DNA from: Podarcis bocagei
Taxonomy: Eukaryota
Reading direction: 5' to 3' (one strand)
NCBI GenBank assembly: GCA_964188305.1
Contig: OZ076890.1
Length of the DNA: 64,000 bases
Part shown: one piece after another, positions 25,280 through 38,925 of the stretch
How positions within the stretch are numbered: position 1 is the first letter of the stretch
Layout of the letters: the number at the start of each line of letters is the position of its first letter
Notes under the pieces: model-generated
Databases searched by the model: none
Told to the model about the DNA's origin: nothing
The model's input: only the letters and a program-made list of their open reading frames with translations
Program-made: the position numbers and the translations under genes

Positions 25280-26031
25280 GATGTATGGAAGTGAGAGATG
25301 GACCATAAAGAAAGCTGATGCTTTTGAATTACAGTGGTGCCTCGCAAGACGAAAAGAATCCATTCTGTGATTCTCTTTGTCTAGCGGTTTTTTCGTCTTG
25401 CGAAGCAAGCCCATTGACAGATTAGCGGATTAGTGCTATTAGTGCTATTAGCGGCTTTTAGCGGCTTTTAGCGGCTTTTAGCGGCTTATCGGCTGATCGG
25501 ATCAGCTGATAAGCGGCTTAGCAGCTTAGAAAAAGGGGGGAGGGGAAAAACCCGCAGGAACTCGCAAGACATTGTCGTCTTGCGAAGCAAGCCCATAGGA
25601 AATTCGTCTAGCGAAGCACCTCCAAAACGGAAAACTCTTTCGTCTAGCGAGTTTTCCGTCTTGCGAGGCATTCGTCTTGCGGGGCACCACTGTATGGTGC
25701 TGGAGGAGACTCTTGAGAGTCCCATGGACTGCAAGAAGATCAAACCTCTCCATTCTTAAGGAAATCAGCCCTGAGTGCTCACTGGAAGGACAGATCATGA
25801 AGCTGAGGCTCCAATACTTTGGCCACCTCATGAGAAGAGAAGACTCCCTGGAAAAGACCCTGATGTTAGGAAAGAAGGGGACGGCAGAGGACAAGATGGT
25901 TGGACAGTGTTCTCGAAGCTACCAGCATGAGTTTGACCAAACTGCGGGAGGCAGTGGAAGACAGGAGTGCCTGGTGTGCTCTGGTCCATGGGGTCACGAA
26001 GAGTCGGGCACAACTAAACAACTAAACAACA
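25280..26031 (+). mobile_element. Bov-B (RTE clade) LINE 3' fragment, interrupted by a MITE
   Basis: WCWRRLLRVPWTARRSNLSILKEISPECSLEGQIMKLRLQYFGHLMRREDSLEKTLMLGK is the Bov-B RT C-terminus; tail aaacaactaaacaacaa. Confidence 0.93.
25332..25692. mobile_element. Tigger-like MITE family B (short form)
   Basis: TA|CAGTGGTGCCTCGCAAGACGAA...TTCGTCTTGCGGGGCACCACTG|TA; internal (gcggctttta)n. Confidence 0.9.
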
Positions 26032-27196
26032 AAGATCCAACCTTTACTCAAATTTAGAGACTCCCAGACATTGGAAGTCATAATTGGATGAATCCAGTTT
26101 TTGTCATCTTCCAAGCTGGTGCACACCCCCACACAGCAAGAAACACATGCCACCTTCATGTGGTCAGCACATGAAACATGCACATAACTGGTTTGTTGCA
26201 CATTAGACTTTGATTTGTTTTCCCCACCCCGCGAGTTTACCATGCTAGTGAATTAAATTTCTGGACCTGGACCTCTAGAATTCATCCCATCCCATTATAA
26301 TATTTCCATGTACAGAATTGGCTTCACTTCTGTCTTTAAAAGAACAAAGAACTCCCCCATATCCTTTTCTTCTGCTGCTGAAACATGCTTCGATGGATGG
26401 ATGAATTCAGACTGCAGTGGCTGTACAAATGGGGGTGGCTTGGGTGTGTGTCTTTTTTAACAAACTGTACAAGTGCAGGCCTTTCCCCCTCTAAGAAAAT
26501 GCTGTGATTTTAACATTATGCAAGATTGCCAAAGAGGGAGTATTCTTATGTTAATTGCCCATTCCAGCCCATTCAGAAGCAGAAAAACCATTTCGAACAG
26601 TGCAGAAGTTGAGCTGTTAATGATTTGTGTTAAGTCAGAGTTTAAAAACCGTAATAAGCTGCTCCAAGAAGCTTTTAAAAAAATTATCTATTTTATATTA
26701 CCAGTCCCGAGAGAGCACTTTAAGGTAAGGGGGAACTGCCATGTTAATACCAAGTATAAACATTTTGGGAATTATTACCTATGCCACAGGGCAGCTGGAT
26801 GCAGATTCTCGCCAAGTGGAGGTCTAATTTACTGTCAGTGTTATTTCTGACATCCGAGAGCTTGTGAATAAGTTTCTTTCCTCGGGGAAAGAAACAGATT
26901 ACTTTTCACAAGCACATCAACGGAAGTAATGGCAATGTTGGAATTTGAGAGAGTCAGAATAGAGACTGAAGCTGGGATTCTAAAGTAGGCTTGGTACATG
27001 GTCCCACAAGTGGTTTAGTTTATCACAAAATATGTGTCACTGGAAATGGGAGCACCAGATTATTTTTTCGTTACAGAAGGGAAAGCATCATTGTTTTGCT
27101 GTGAGAGTGTTCAGAGCCTAGGCATGAAAGTAGAATCAGAAAAGGATCCCTACGTTTCAGAAAACTACCATCCTGATCATGGCTGGGGAGCGCGGG

Positions 27197-27198
<2 letters not shown>

Positions 27199-27238
<40 letters not shown>
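27199..27238. repeat. (ATT)n microsatellite
   Basis: Direct reading. Confidence 0.97.
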
Positions 27239-27239
<1 letters not shown>

Positions 27240-27679
27240 AAGCAGAAACTATACAGAGCATGTTGGTTCATCCTCTAAACAGAACAAAAATGCTTATCGG
27301 ATAATATCTCAAATCATTGTGTGTGAAAAAGAAATTCCCTCTCAGAGAGAAGGTCCTTCATACATGATCATCTGCATGCAGCCCAGCTCTTCAAGGAACA
27401 ATACACACTCTTGGAAGTAAATTCAACGTTGCCTTGTCAACATATGGTCTATGTCAGGTGTGGGGAATCTTTGGCCCGCCAGATGTTGCTGATCAACAAC
27501 TCCCAACATCCCTGGCCACTGGTCATGCTAGCTGGGTTTGATGGGAGTTGAATTACAATGGCATCTGGAGAGCCCAAAGTTCCCCACATCTGGTCTGTGC
27601 ACCTACCCTTCGTCTTCTGATAGAGATGGTTGCTGCAGAAGGCTGCTTATCCTTCAAACACATAAATTAGTAGGATTCA

Positions 27680-27860
27680 GAAGCTTGTTCCCTTGGGAGA
27701 GGGATTGATTGTTAAGCCACTCTGGGAATTGTAGCTCTGGGGAGTGGGAAGAATGGTCTCTTGCCAGCACCCTTAGCAAACTATGGTTCCTAATATTCTT
27801 TGGGGGGAGCCATGATTGTTTAAAATAATATAGCGCTGCTTTAAATGCACAGTGCAGATG
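27680..27860. mobile_element. Degenerate Harbinger-like MITE
   Basis: ctctgggaattgtagctctg...ttctttggggggagccatgattgtttaaa; related to 1130-1315. Confidence 0.55.
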
Positions 27861-28799
27861 GATCCAAAGAAAACATAATGAGGCTATGCTGGGAGGCCAC
27901 ATACACCCAGGCCAAAAACAGGAGAGTGAGGAGTTTGCATGCCTCCCAATATTCTTATGGGGTCCAACATTTAAATAATTACCTTTAAGCACATGGAGAG
28001 ATTTAACTGAAAGGGAGGGGGACAATCAGTGCAGCTGTAAAATGCTTTATAATGTTACTAAAGCAACGCAGAAGATGATTGCACTTTGCAGCCTTTTCTT
28101 CCTTAAAAAAAAAATAATCAGCAGAAACAAATCTTGGTCCATCTGTTCATTAGTTTGGATGAACTGACACCTAATGCTCTCCGCTCATCCACTGAAACTC
28201 TGCAATCAGCTCATCAAATGAGATTAGGAGGTTGCGCTCGCATTTGTAGAATGTCTGCACATTCCCATTGACTGCCATGGGATCGAGCTTCTTGGGATTT
28301 CGGCAACTTTCACCTCAGAAACAGCTTAATCAATAACAGAAGCGCATGCAGCCAGTTCGTTACGTTAGGGGAAATGCAATTTGAAAAAGTGGGGAAAGAC
28401 GACATAATGGGATGAACAGCTGCCATGCAAATGGCACATCTGATTCCCGTTATAATTGATTCTCAGCAAGAAAAGGGAAAAAATGCAACCCTCTGTGAAA
28501 TATTGCCAACTTTTTAGGACTGGGAAAAGCAGAAGACTGACTTGTAACACAGAGAATTTTTTGGCGAATCTAGTGCAGCAATAAAAAAGCATACAGAGTT
28601 TGTTGGACTCCAATTCCCTTCAGTCCTTGCCAGTATGGCCGATCCATAGGAAAGATGGGGAGTTGTAATACAGCATCATCTAGAGGGCCAAAGATTCCCC
28701 ACCTCTGTGAGCTAGCGCCTTCCACTTGCTGCCATTCTTATAAAGAACACCAGGCAAGGTGGACCATGGTCGGCAATCAAGGTGTCTATAGTAAGGAGC

Positions 28800-29106
28800 A
28801 TTTCCACTCCCAGTGTTCAGCCCAGACCCTGAGATCCAGCTCCGAGGGCCTTCTGGCGGTTCCCTCACTACAGAAAGTGAAGTTATAGGGAACTGGACAG
28901 TGGCCATTCTCAACAGTTGTGCCCGCCCTGTGGAATGTCCTTCCATCAGATATCAAGGAAATAAACATCTCTCTGACTTTTAGAAGACGTCTGAAGGCAG
29001 CCCTGTATAGGGGAGTTTTTAATGTTTGATGTTGTATTGTGTTTTCATATTTTGCTGGGAGCTGCCCAGAGTGGCTGGGGCAACCCAGTCAGATGGGCTG
29101 CAGGTA

Positions 29107-29157
<51 letters not shown>
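28800..29157 (+). mobile_element. L2-clade 3' end with (ATT)n tail
   Basis: TLRSSSEGLLAVPSL...; gcccagagtggctggggcaacccagtcagatggg terminal stem-loop. Confidence 0.88.
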
Positions 29158-29800
29158 GCCAGGAAATGCACACTCAAGATCATTCAGCACAGATAATGAT
29201 AAACTTTATTTACTAGGCTTTTACATTTGTAGGGTTGGTATTCTCATCCCATCAGTGCACGGATTACTGCTAGAACAATGGGACTTCCTTCCCCTGCACT
29301 GTCCTCATGAACCCACAATCTTTTTCAGAGGACTGGGGGAACACCTAGAACAAATTTAGTACGGCGTGAGGTGAAGTGGTGGGAGTTCCATTGCACAATA
29401 ATAAACCTATCTGAAAAGTACCAGAACTGAGTTCTGGCAAATTCCAGCTGACGAAAGCCCTGAATAAATCCTTGCACTTGTAGGACTACTTAGTTAGCAC
29501 TATGTGAAATACAACCCTTGCTTTGCACATTTCAAACACACATCAGTGAACCCCACATATTCTAGTTAAGAAAAGAAGCACAGTCATCATGCTACCTAAG
29601 ACTGAAACAGGTTCATTCCTGTTTTAGAGCAGACCACACATGCATGAAATTCAGTTTTATGCCTTAGCACAATGTTTCCTAACCTGGTGCCCTCCAGATG
29701 GTTTAGACTGCAACTCCCATTATCCTGGTGGGGGCTGAAGTCGAAAGAATTCAGAGGACAATCAGATTAAGGATGTCTAATCGACTCAGTTGTCTTGGAG

Positions 29801-29936
29801 CAGGCTTCCTCAACCTTGGCCCTCCAGATGTTTTTGGTCTACAACTCCCATGATCCCTAACTAGCAGGACCAGTGGTCAGGGATGATGAGAATTGTAGTC
29901 TCAAAACATCTGGAGAGCCAAGGTTGAGGAAGCCTG
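29801..29936. mobile_element. hAT/Charlie-like MITE
   Basis: CAGGCTTCCTCAACCTTGG...CCAAGGTTGAGGAAGCCTG; perfect TSD tcttggag. Confidence 0.92.
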
Positions 29937-31141
29937 TCTTGGAGGTTTGAAGCCCTCTTCAAATACACATACAAGATTTGCCTTGTGCAACTGCAACACG
30001 TCTAGAAAAGTTGCAGAAGACTTTAGCCCAGATTTTTTTGTGTGTGGAGGGAGCAAATGCATGTGTTTCCTCCTCCCTCCCCACATTCCCAACTACAAAA
30101 ATAGACTCGGTTGCTCGTGAATGCTTAAAGACGGCAGTCCTGCCAGGAAAATTAGCACGGCACATTTCATACACAAGGACTGCCTTGCAAGACTCTGTGT
30201 GATAAATTGAGTTCAGCAACTCTCTTGAAAGCCATATCCTAAGATCCTTCAAGGCTCTGGTATTTGCCGTCCTTCGGCACATGTGCACTTGATGAGTTCG
30301 AGACACATTACACTGCCTTGCAGTTGCAGCCCTGGGAAACCAACAGTGATACAAAGCTCAGTCTTAGCCCTATGAAGACAACTGTAAAAACATCCATTGT
30401 CGTAAATACCACCATTGAGGAACAAGAGGGAATCATCTGGGTTGCTGTGGACACAAAGGCAGGAGGGAAGCAATTTATATAATTGTTCCCTCCTGCCTCA
30501 GGTGTACATGTCAGTGAAGAAACATCCACTTGGACTCTAGGGCTCAACATACCATACGCCAACGCCTTGGGTTACTGCCAACTGCACAGTTTAAGACAAA
30601 TAATATGTTAAGACATTGTTGTTCGGTTAGGTTTTGGAGGAGAATCTGTGCACATGGTCAAGGTGATCGTCTCAGAAGCTGTGGACTGAAAGGGACGAAA
30701 ACTTTGGTCAAGGAGTCTCTGGCTAATGGCTGAATCAGGTCTGAATATTTGTCTTAAGGGCAGAATTGTCTCTGTCAGCATGGACCCTGCTGGAATGGTG
30801 AGAAACAGAAGACTTGGCAATGCTTTAGTCAAGCTGAGATCATGTACCAGAGTGACAAAGATACAAGGCTCATTAGCAGCTCTGAATGACCCTCATAAGA
30901 CCTTGTATACTCCAATAAAGCTTGAGATCACATCAGCCCTCTAACAATAGAAACCTGTTTCTAGGGTGTTTACCATATGACCTGTTATTTACCAATACAG
31001 AAAAAAGTTGTGACTGTAGGGGGAATTAAAGGAACCAATCAGTGAGCAGGAAAAATGTTTCTGGGACATTGAGGAACAAAGAGAAAGGCAGTTTCTTCTC
31101 ATATATTTATCTCTATGTCACACAAGCAGCTTTTTCTAATG

Positions 31142-31277
31142 CAGGCATCCCCAACCTTTGACCCTCCAGATGTTTTGGACTACAATTCCCATCATCCTTG
31201 ACCACTGATCCTGTTAGCTAGGGATCATGGGAATTGTAGGCCAAAGCATCTGGAGGGCTGCAGCTTGGGGGTGCCTG
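31142..31277. mobile_element. hAT/Charlie-like MITE
   Basis: CAGGCATCCCCAA...TTGGGGGTGCCTG; perfect TSD ttctaatg. Confidence 0.92.
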
Positions 31278-32129
31278 TTCTAATGTATTTTTGTGCTACG
31301 ACTTCTCCTTTCTGTGACACACACACAAAGAGAGAAGAAAACTTTGCTTTTAAATTCTTACTTCTTGAAATAATTTTACACTGGGTTGCGTTTTTCTGTG
31401 CTGAGTTTTCCATATCTATTTTTGTACAGCTCTGATTGTTTCGTTCCCAGATGAGATTCAAACTTCAATATTTTATTTTTAAACATTTTTTTCTTTCATT
31501 TTTACCTGGACTAGTTTTCTGTTTGTATTTTCCTGGATCCTGTACCCCTAACATCAGATAGATCTCAAGCAGCATGCATCAAATACACAGCAGCCCTATT
31601 CCTGGGATTTCACTCTTTGCAAACATGTTTTAGCCTCTCAGGTCCTATTTTGTCACCAATCTCTTCCCAACCTCTGAACCTCATTTTCAGACACAACTCA
31701 GTCAAAGTTACAGATATCTACAATTCATTTCCATGCATATTATCATAACACGTGGAACATAACTTGCCCATCTAGAAATATACTATTGTGCCTCCTTCGG
31801 GAGTAGGCCCCACTCAATGGGAGTTATTTCTGCATAAAACATTCACTGGAATAGCCTGTTAATCCTTGTTAATTTTGGCGGAAGAGATCCCAACATAACT
31901 CGCCCACTGGCTGTTGGCTTCCTCAAGATCACATTTGAAAGGACATAGAACAGCTGATAGTTACAACTGAAAATATAACATGTAAGAAAACAATTACCAC
32001 TTAGTGGTGATAATAATAATAATAATACAAAAGGAAGCAAGACTATATACAGAATATAAATAACAACAATGCACGTGAATTATAAGGATAACTATTCTCT
32101 TAATATTTGTCATTCAAAGAAAAAACCCA

Positions 32130-33000
32130 CAAACAAATAAAAATTGGCCATCATTCTATAAGTCTATTTATTTGTCCATTTTCTTCTCTGCTATAATAGG
32201 TGAGTTTCAGTGGTGTAACAATGTTCCAGATTTTTCCAGACCCATCCAGAATCGGTGGTGCTGTTTTCTTCTTTGAAGTTTTAGTAATAAACTTGTTAAC
32301 AGCTACCAAATTAGCTATTACGGTCTCCAAGTCTGTCCAATACTATATATTTCAAATAATTCAGTAACAACACTTTGGGGTCATCCAGTCATCATAGAAA
32401 TGCATTTCTGGATAGTGGTTGAGTAATTTTGAATTACTGAGCAAGTCCAAAATACTGTATATATAAACTCTCTGTCAAGCAGTTGCTATATCTCCAACAT
32501 TTATCCTGTGCAGTTCTATATATTTTTGCAAATCTGTATGGGGTTAACCACCATTTATATTAGATCTTATCAAGGATATTGCTTTAAGTATCCAGATATA
32601 ATGCCCAAATCATCTCCATTCTTCCAAAGTTAACTCTTACTGCTCCCTTGCTCATTTTCTTACGAATATCAAAATTTTAGACTATATCTTAGTAATGATA
32701 CCTTTCTTACAATTAAATGTTTGCAAAGTTTTGAATTCAGTGCCCTCTCTTACAGCACTATTTCCTTTACAAATGTAATACTGCCTCTCTTCTTTGAAAA
32801 TATTGATATAATTGTGGCCAAATACCACCCTTCATATCAATAACTTCTATATGTGATTTTATTCTTTGCCTAGATTGTCGGCAAACAAACCAGATAGCTA
32901 GCAAGTAACGAATGAGTCTTAAGACAACTCACTTCAATTCCTTCATTCCCATTTCTCTTGATTAGTGGTAATGGATGGCAAAGAGGGTTATCACCAGATG
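32130..33000 (-). mobile_element. Old L1-clade ORF2 fragment (zinc-knuckle region)
   Basis: Minus strand ~32450-32560 translates KWWLTPYRFAKIYRTAQDKCWRY, then after a frameshift FWTCSVIQNY, matching the L1 WYLTP..CWRC..W.C motif. Confidence 0.75.
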
Positions 33001-34483
33001 TTCCTTCTTTCCAGGAGAGTTATCCTTAGTCCAGAACGCCACGACTCAGAAGAACAAGCATGACAAATCTCATGTCCTTTGGAAGTTTTAATCTGGCAGC
33101 AATCCTATTGTGCTTATAGTCTTGCCCTTTGCTCACTTTTAAAGCATCTTACCCCAACCCAATAAAAAATGTGCTTCTAATAAACAATAATGCCTCATGC
33201 ATTTTAATGACATGGGCCATGTTATGGATTCATCTTTTGCCAAACTTCAGTATTTACCTCAAAGCTATTTCGCTACGTTTGAATTTTTATTTTATACTGT
33301 GCGAATGCAATAAATAAGGCATCTTCCAAAACAAAACAAAGATTTGGCAGAACAAAGAGGCATCTACTTTGGATACGTCAAGCCGTGCACTCTTGTAACT
33401 GTCTGTTATTTATTTTAGCAAGGTCTGCCTGGGAGATGGCGTCTTAAGCAAACTATGGCTAAAGTCAGTTCATCATCCTTTGGGGGAGGTGGGGGTGAGA
33501 ATATTCAGCTTTAGTGCAGTCTGAATACATCTCTCTCTGAGCTTAAGGCTTCGATCCTATGCATCCACTCCAAAAAGTATGCCGCATGGACCAAAGTGGG
33601 GCTTACATCTGAGCAGATGGGCACCAGTTAGCACTGCAAGTTCTAATTAGACCAAGAAAGAGGACAGGGCTACTATCAAAATGTGAGCTAGCCTAGGCTG
33701 CAATGGCTCCCATTCAGTCCTATGGACCAAGTTAACTGAGTGATTAATGAGACAGTTGCTGCTCCCAATAGGGACATAGCTAGTACACTACTGCGATGAT
33801 GATCCTCAACGTGCAGCTTTTACTTTTTTCCATATCAGTTAATGGCCGTCACTTATTCTTAGAAAACACAGTAATGTCCAGTACTTGGAGGAAGAAGCTC
33901 TTTGCAGAGAGTCCCCCACGAATCCAAAGTGATTCACTCTCCACCAAGAGGAATCCAATAGGACCTTATGGAAACATTGATGTTATATTGCTATATTATT
34001 ATACAATTCCTTACAAAGAACATGGTTGACAGGTCCCTATTCAAAGGTGCTTCTAGTCTGATAATAGGTTCAAGGGTCAGAAAGGTTAAGGGGATAAAGC
34101 CTTTTGTTGAGAAACGAACAAAAGTCCTTGCACAGAGCTTTTGATGATGCCGCTACTTACGTGACTTCCTCCCACGGCCAGCCCACTCATGAGGCCAGGT
34201 GAGGCGACTGACTCATGCAGCAGGATCCACAGGGGCAGCAGAGCCCAATGCAGATATTTATCCCTGCTGCCTTGTCCCCTAGATCTTTACTCATCCGTTT
34301 TTCCCTGTCAGGGAAGGAGACTCAATTGTGCGGTTTGCCTCAGGCGTCAAAATGTCTTGGGCCAACCCTGACCCTACCCTACGTGTTTGACATTGTGATT
34401 ACTGTATATATGGATGATATATGTGGATAGCAGGAGTGCTATAAATGGACTAAATATGGACCATGGGGATGCCTGGTAAATTG

Positions 34484-34621
34484 CATCCCCTCCAACATTT
34501 CTCCGATGAAAACGGAGATGTCCTAAGAAAAAGCAGGACATTCCGGGATCAAATCAGAAACCAGGATGGCTTCTGTAAATCCAGGGCTGTCCCTGGAAAA
34601 TAGGAACACTTGGAGGGTCTG
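34484..34621 (+). mobile_element. Short MITE with CATACCCTCCAA-type ends (empty form of the composite family)
   Basis: catcccctccaacatttctccgatg...cacttggagggtctg; flanking 6-bp repeat aaattg. Confidence 0.75.
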
Positions 34622-35703
34622 AAATTGTGCTCCTTCTCCCTCTCCTATATAACATAAATCCTGCAATTTAAGTTATCCCAAACACGGAAGAAAGAATGCG
34701 GGGTAATCTGTGCTGTTGTAACCAAGCTTTCAAGGACACAAACCCCACTTACATGATAAGGCAAGCTTCAGGTTTGCTTTGATCTACAAAGAGCCGAGTT
34801 GTAAGGAGCGCTTCTGCTCCCTGCTTAAGAAACCAAGAACTCCTTTTGCTGCATTATGTATAACATCATTACAGACAAGGTACAAGTCAAGAGCAAATGG
34901 TTCACGTATTCCACTTGCATACTAAAGCAGCCCTGGGACTAGAAGCTGCATTTAGGTGCTGTATTACACAGCTCTCTTTTTAAGAGTACCACTTAGGTCC
35001 TTTTTCGCATTTGCCAAGGAAGGAAGGTCTTTCGTCTTTAAGTTTTCCAAATGTAAAAGTTTCCCTTCCCCGGAGACAAGGGTATGTAGGTGAAGGAGAC
35101 TGGCACTGAATGTTGCTTGCAAGGCAGTAGGCAGTGATGAAGCTCCTTATCAATAGTGATCCCAACCTGAGGGCAAGCGCTATCCATATCGTAGAAGAAC
35201 AGATAGCATGGCACAATTACAGCTAATGAGCCAGAAGCCAAGAGTGCAAAATACAATTTAGTTTATTGGCCTAGGGGGGGAAATGCTTTGCTATACTTGT
35301 GGGAATTCCAAATACAGCTCTACTGCAAAGAAATAATTTGAAAGGGGGTAGTAACCATGCAGGCTGAGTACAAACCTGACATGAACATCTTAAACATGTT
35401 TACTCAAGATTTAATTTTTATTTTTGTGGAATCTGTTTCCAGCAAGTGCGTTTAGATTTGCAGTCAAACTCAAATAAATCCAGTGGACCATACTTGGAGA
35501 TAAACATACATTAAGAACTGGCTGTTGGGTGATGCAGAGATTACCGTAAATCTACTATTCAAAACCCACCCACTTGCTCTAAAATATGTAGCTCTTAATC
35601 TCTCAACTCTTACATCTGTTGGCAAAAGCACTAGCGCTCTGGGCAAGTGGTAAAGCCGCATATCACGAACAGGAAAACTAACTGTTGGTTATACAAAGTT
35701 TAG

Positions 35704-35704
<1 letters not shown>

Positions 35705-35751
<47 letters not shown>

Positions 35752-36070
35752 ACCCCGCCCATCTGGCTGAGTTTCCCCAGCCACTCTGGGCGGCTCACAA
35801 TCAAGTGTTAAAAACAGTACAGCTTTAAATATTAAAAACTTCCCTGAACAGGGCTGCCTTAAGATGTCTTCTGAATGTCAGGTAGCTGTTTATATCTTTG
35901 ACTTCTGATGGGAGGGTGTTCCACCGGGCGGGCGCCACCACCGAGAAGGCCCTCTGCCTGGTTCCCTGTAACTTGGCTTCTCGCAGTGAGAGAACCCCCA
36001 GAAGGCCCTTGGTGCTAGATCTCAGTGTCCGGGCAGAACGATGGGGGTGGAGACGCTCCTTCAGGTATAC
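35705..36070 (-). mobile_element. L2-clade 3' end with (ATT)n
   Basis: YLKERLHPHRSARTLRSS...RAFSVVAPARWNTLP...FRRHLKAALF. Confidence 0.9.
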
Positions 36071-36447
36071 AGAGGCAGCATTCACCTTGGGCTAGGGCTG
36101 ACATTCAGACAAAGAAATCTTAAACCAATTAGTCATATACTTTTTAGCCAGTTAAATCTTCAAAAGGCACATCTGAAGCAAAAGGCACATTTACTTTGTG
36201 TGTTTGTTGTGTGAGTTGTGTGTTGTGTTGCATTCTGTTACATGCATGAGAGAAGGGGAAAACCTCTAAGAGGGTGGACATAATCATAATCTGCTGTCAT
36301 TGAGATGCCTTTTCAGTTGACCAAAGTTATTTAAATTAATCTAACCAATCTTGCAATAAAGCATGTACTTAAACAGATGAGAGGTGCATTTAGAGGTCTA
36401 TGGGAACCATGCAATCAACAGCTGGAGGACTTTTTCTTTTATCAGTA

Positions 36448-36673
36448 CAGTGGTACCTCAGGTTACATACACTTCAGGTTACAGGCTTCGCTAACCTAGA
36501 AATAGTACCTCGGGTTAAGAACTTTGCTTCAGGATGAGAACAGAAATCGTGCTCTGGCGGTGCGGCAGCAGCAGGAGGCCCCATTAGCTAACATGGTGCT
36601 TCAGGTTAAGAACAGTTTCAGGTTAAGAATGGACCTCCAGAACAAATTAAGTACTTAACCCGAAGTACCACTG
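36448..36673 (-). mobile_element. Tigger-like MITE family A, copy 5
   Basis: TA|CAGTGGTACC...GTACCACTG|TA. Confidence 0.92.
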
Positions 36674-38266
36674 TATTGCATTGGTAGCATCTCCTCATGT
36701 TCATAAGTGGCCCAAGACCAGGAGGGGAGTTCTCTGGAAGAGTGGGGAGACAATATTTACCTTTGGTCAATGTTTGAGATCACATTTACTGGGGGGGGTG
36801 CACTGGCCCCAAGATTCACCTTGCATATTTCCACTTCTGTAACTCAGGTTCTGAGCCATAAAAGGCAGTGTTCTCTATTCATTTGAAATAGGGAACCTAA
36901 AAACAGCTATATATTTTCCCCTTTTTCCAAAGTGTATGAAATTTGCAAGTGCAGGAGAACCTTCCAGCATGGATTAAATTTGCAGTTATCTATAAATTGC
37001 ATACAATCTCCCTTCTGGAGGTATAAAGTCTACTAAATTTAAAAAGGCATCTTCAGTGATGTTTTCCTCTACAACATGTGGCAGTTAAAATGCTAGGAAT
37101 CGCTTAACCTTACGCTAGTGTTTTGTGGGCAATCAGATAAAAGGGGAATCTTCCAAATTACAATCAAATAGGTCCAGCGGGGTTGTTTAATGTAAAAAAA
37201 ATCCAAAACTTTCTTCTATAATCCATATTACGGCAATACATTTATTAAGACAACGACGAGTCCATACACATGATATCTTTAAAGCATATGGATACAGACT
37301 ATACATTTAAAGCAATTCTAATCACAGAGTTTCCCCTCACTTAGTTGCGCTTCTAGGCAACCATTAACAAAGTACAACATTCAGAATTATTTTCAAGGGA
37401 AGAATGTGCTTTAAAGTATAGTGTGTAATCGGTTAAAAAAAAATCCCACCTAGCCATATTTTGAGGGTAGTGCAAGGATTTTTCTCTCGCTTTTTCTCAC
37501 CATAAATAAGTGAAGAGGTGGCTGAGCAGTGGGTATTCTTGCTTGTTCTTTTTTTAAAAAAGCTTTGCAGTTTCATACCAGCCTCTCTGGTGCTTGTTTG
37601 TGTCCTCTTCAGGCCTCTAGAATGTTGCCTGTGGAGTTCTGAAAGGTTTTGGAGTGTTTCTGGTTAAAAGAAGAGCAACAGAGGGTTCTTTTAAAAGGTG
37701 GGGGGAGCTTAATTAAGCTTTCAGTTTTAAAAGAACCCTCTGCTTCTGTGCTTTAACAGCAAACATCCAGTGCTCCTTGGGCATCGTTTTGAACAGCCTC
37801 GCGTCTTGCAAAGCCTCTGAATCTAAAGAAGCAGAGATATAGCAAAACACTGAACTAAAAGGGACAGAAAAGGACAGGAACAGCAGCAACATGAGGCTCT
37901 GTAAGGGCCTGATCTGACCTGGGATGCTTATTGACATCATGCTTTTACTCAAGAAGGACCTTTCTGTCAGTACTGCATAAAGCTTTACCTTTACCTTTAC
38001 AGCACATGCTACCATGTGTACCTGCTCACCTGCTGACCAGGTACCAAGCGTGAGTGTGCCACTATAAGGCCCCTGCTATCCATTATTTTCAAACTGGCCT
38101 TTGATTGGACAGCCCTTAAAATACATGGCTTTCCTCTTTAAAGTAGGACACATGACCACCTTCTTCTTCCACAGGCTTGCTGTCACAATAGAATGAAATG
38201 GTGATTTCCTCTATCTCACAAGAAGAATTTTTGTTAAACCTGAATTATGTTTTCCTTTGACCACAT

Positions 38267-38925
38267 AAGCAAACACATGGATCCACATGTGGTGGAACTG
38301 TAAAAAGATCAGACAGTTTTGGGAAATGATTTACAACGAACTTAAGAAAATGTTTAAATGCTCTTTCCCTAAGAAGCCTGAACCCTTCCTGACTAGGAAT
38401 TATGGGCAACGAAATTCCAAAAAAGTTCAGGAGAGTCTTTACAATGGCTGCCAGAATTTTATTTGCAAAAGGTTGGAAGGGAGAGGTTATCCCATCCAAA
38501 TCAGACTGGCAAAATAAATTAAGAGAGTAGATTGAACTAGAGAGGGTATCAGCAAGGTTACAGATGAAAAATTTACCAGAGAGTGGGACATATACAGAGT
38601 CTATGTAAAAGAACAAAATATCAATCCGTTGGCAGGTTTTGATTGAGTTTCTGTGTGTAAATAGGTTTTGATTGAGTTTCTGTGTGTAAATAGGATAACT
38701 TTATAAAATTTAAAGTAAGTTAAATAACATGGAAGGAAAAAAGTTAAGTGCATATTCAAGGAATCCAATTTGGGAACATAATGGGAAGATCGGAGGTCAC
38801 ATTAAATTTAATTACAGAAAGATGTACAAAACAAGTATCAATTAAGGAATGAATGATTATTTTTATTTTGTCTTTTAACATCTATTGATTATTTCTGATA
38901 TACAGTTTTTAAACCAATAAAGCAT
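38267..38925 (+). mobile_element. L1-clade 3' fragment
   Basis: HMWWNCKKIRQFWEMIYNELKKMFKCSFPKKPEPFL; ends with AATAAA; internal ~29-bp tandem duplication at 38634-38694. Confidence 0.85.

Noticed and set aside
27034-29359. Poly-Ile/Leu hydrophobic ORFs as membrane or signal peptides
   Set aside because: They are translations of (ATT)n microsatellites; the same applies to the ER-, HT-, N- and FFLS-repeat ORFs elsewhere
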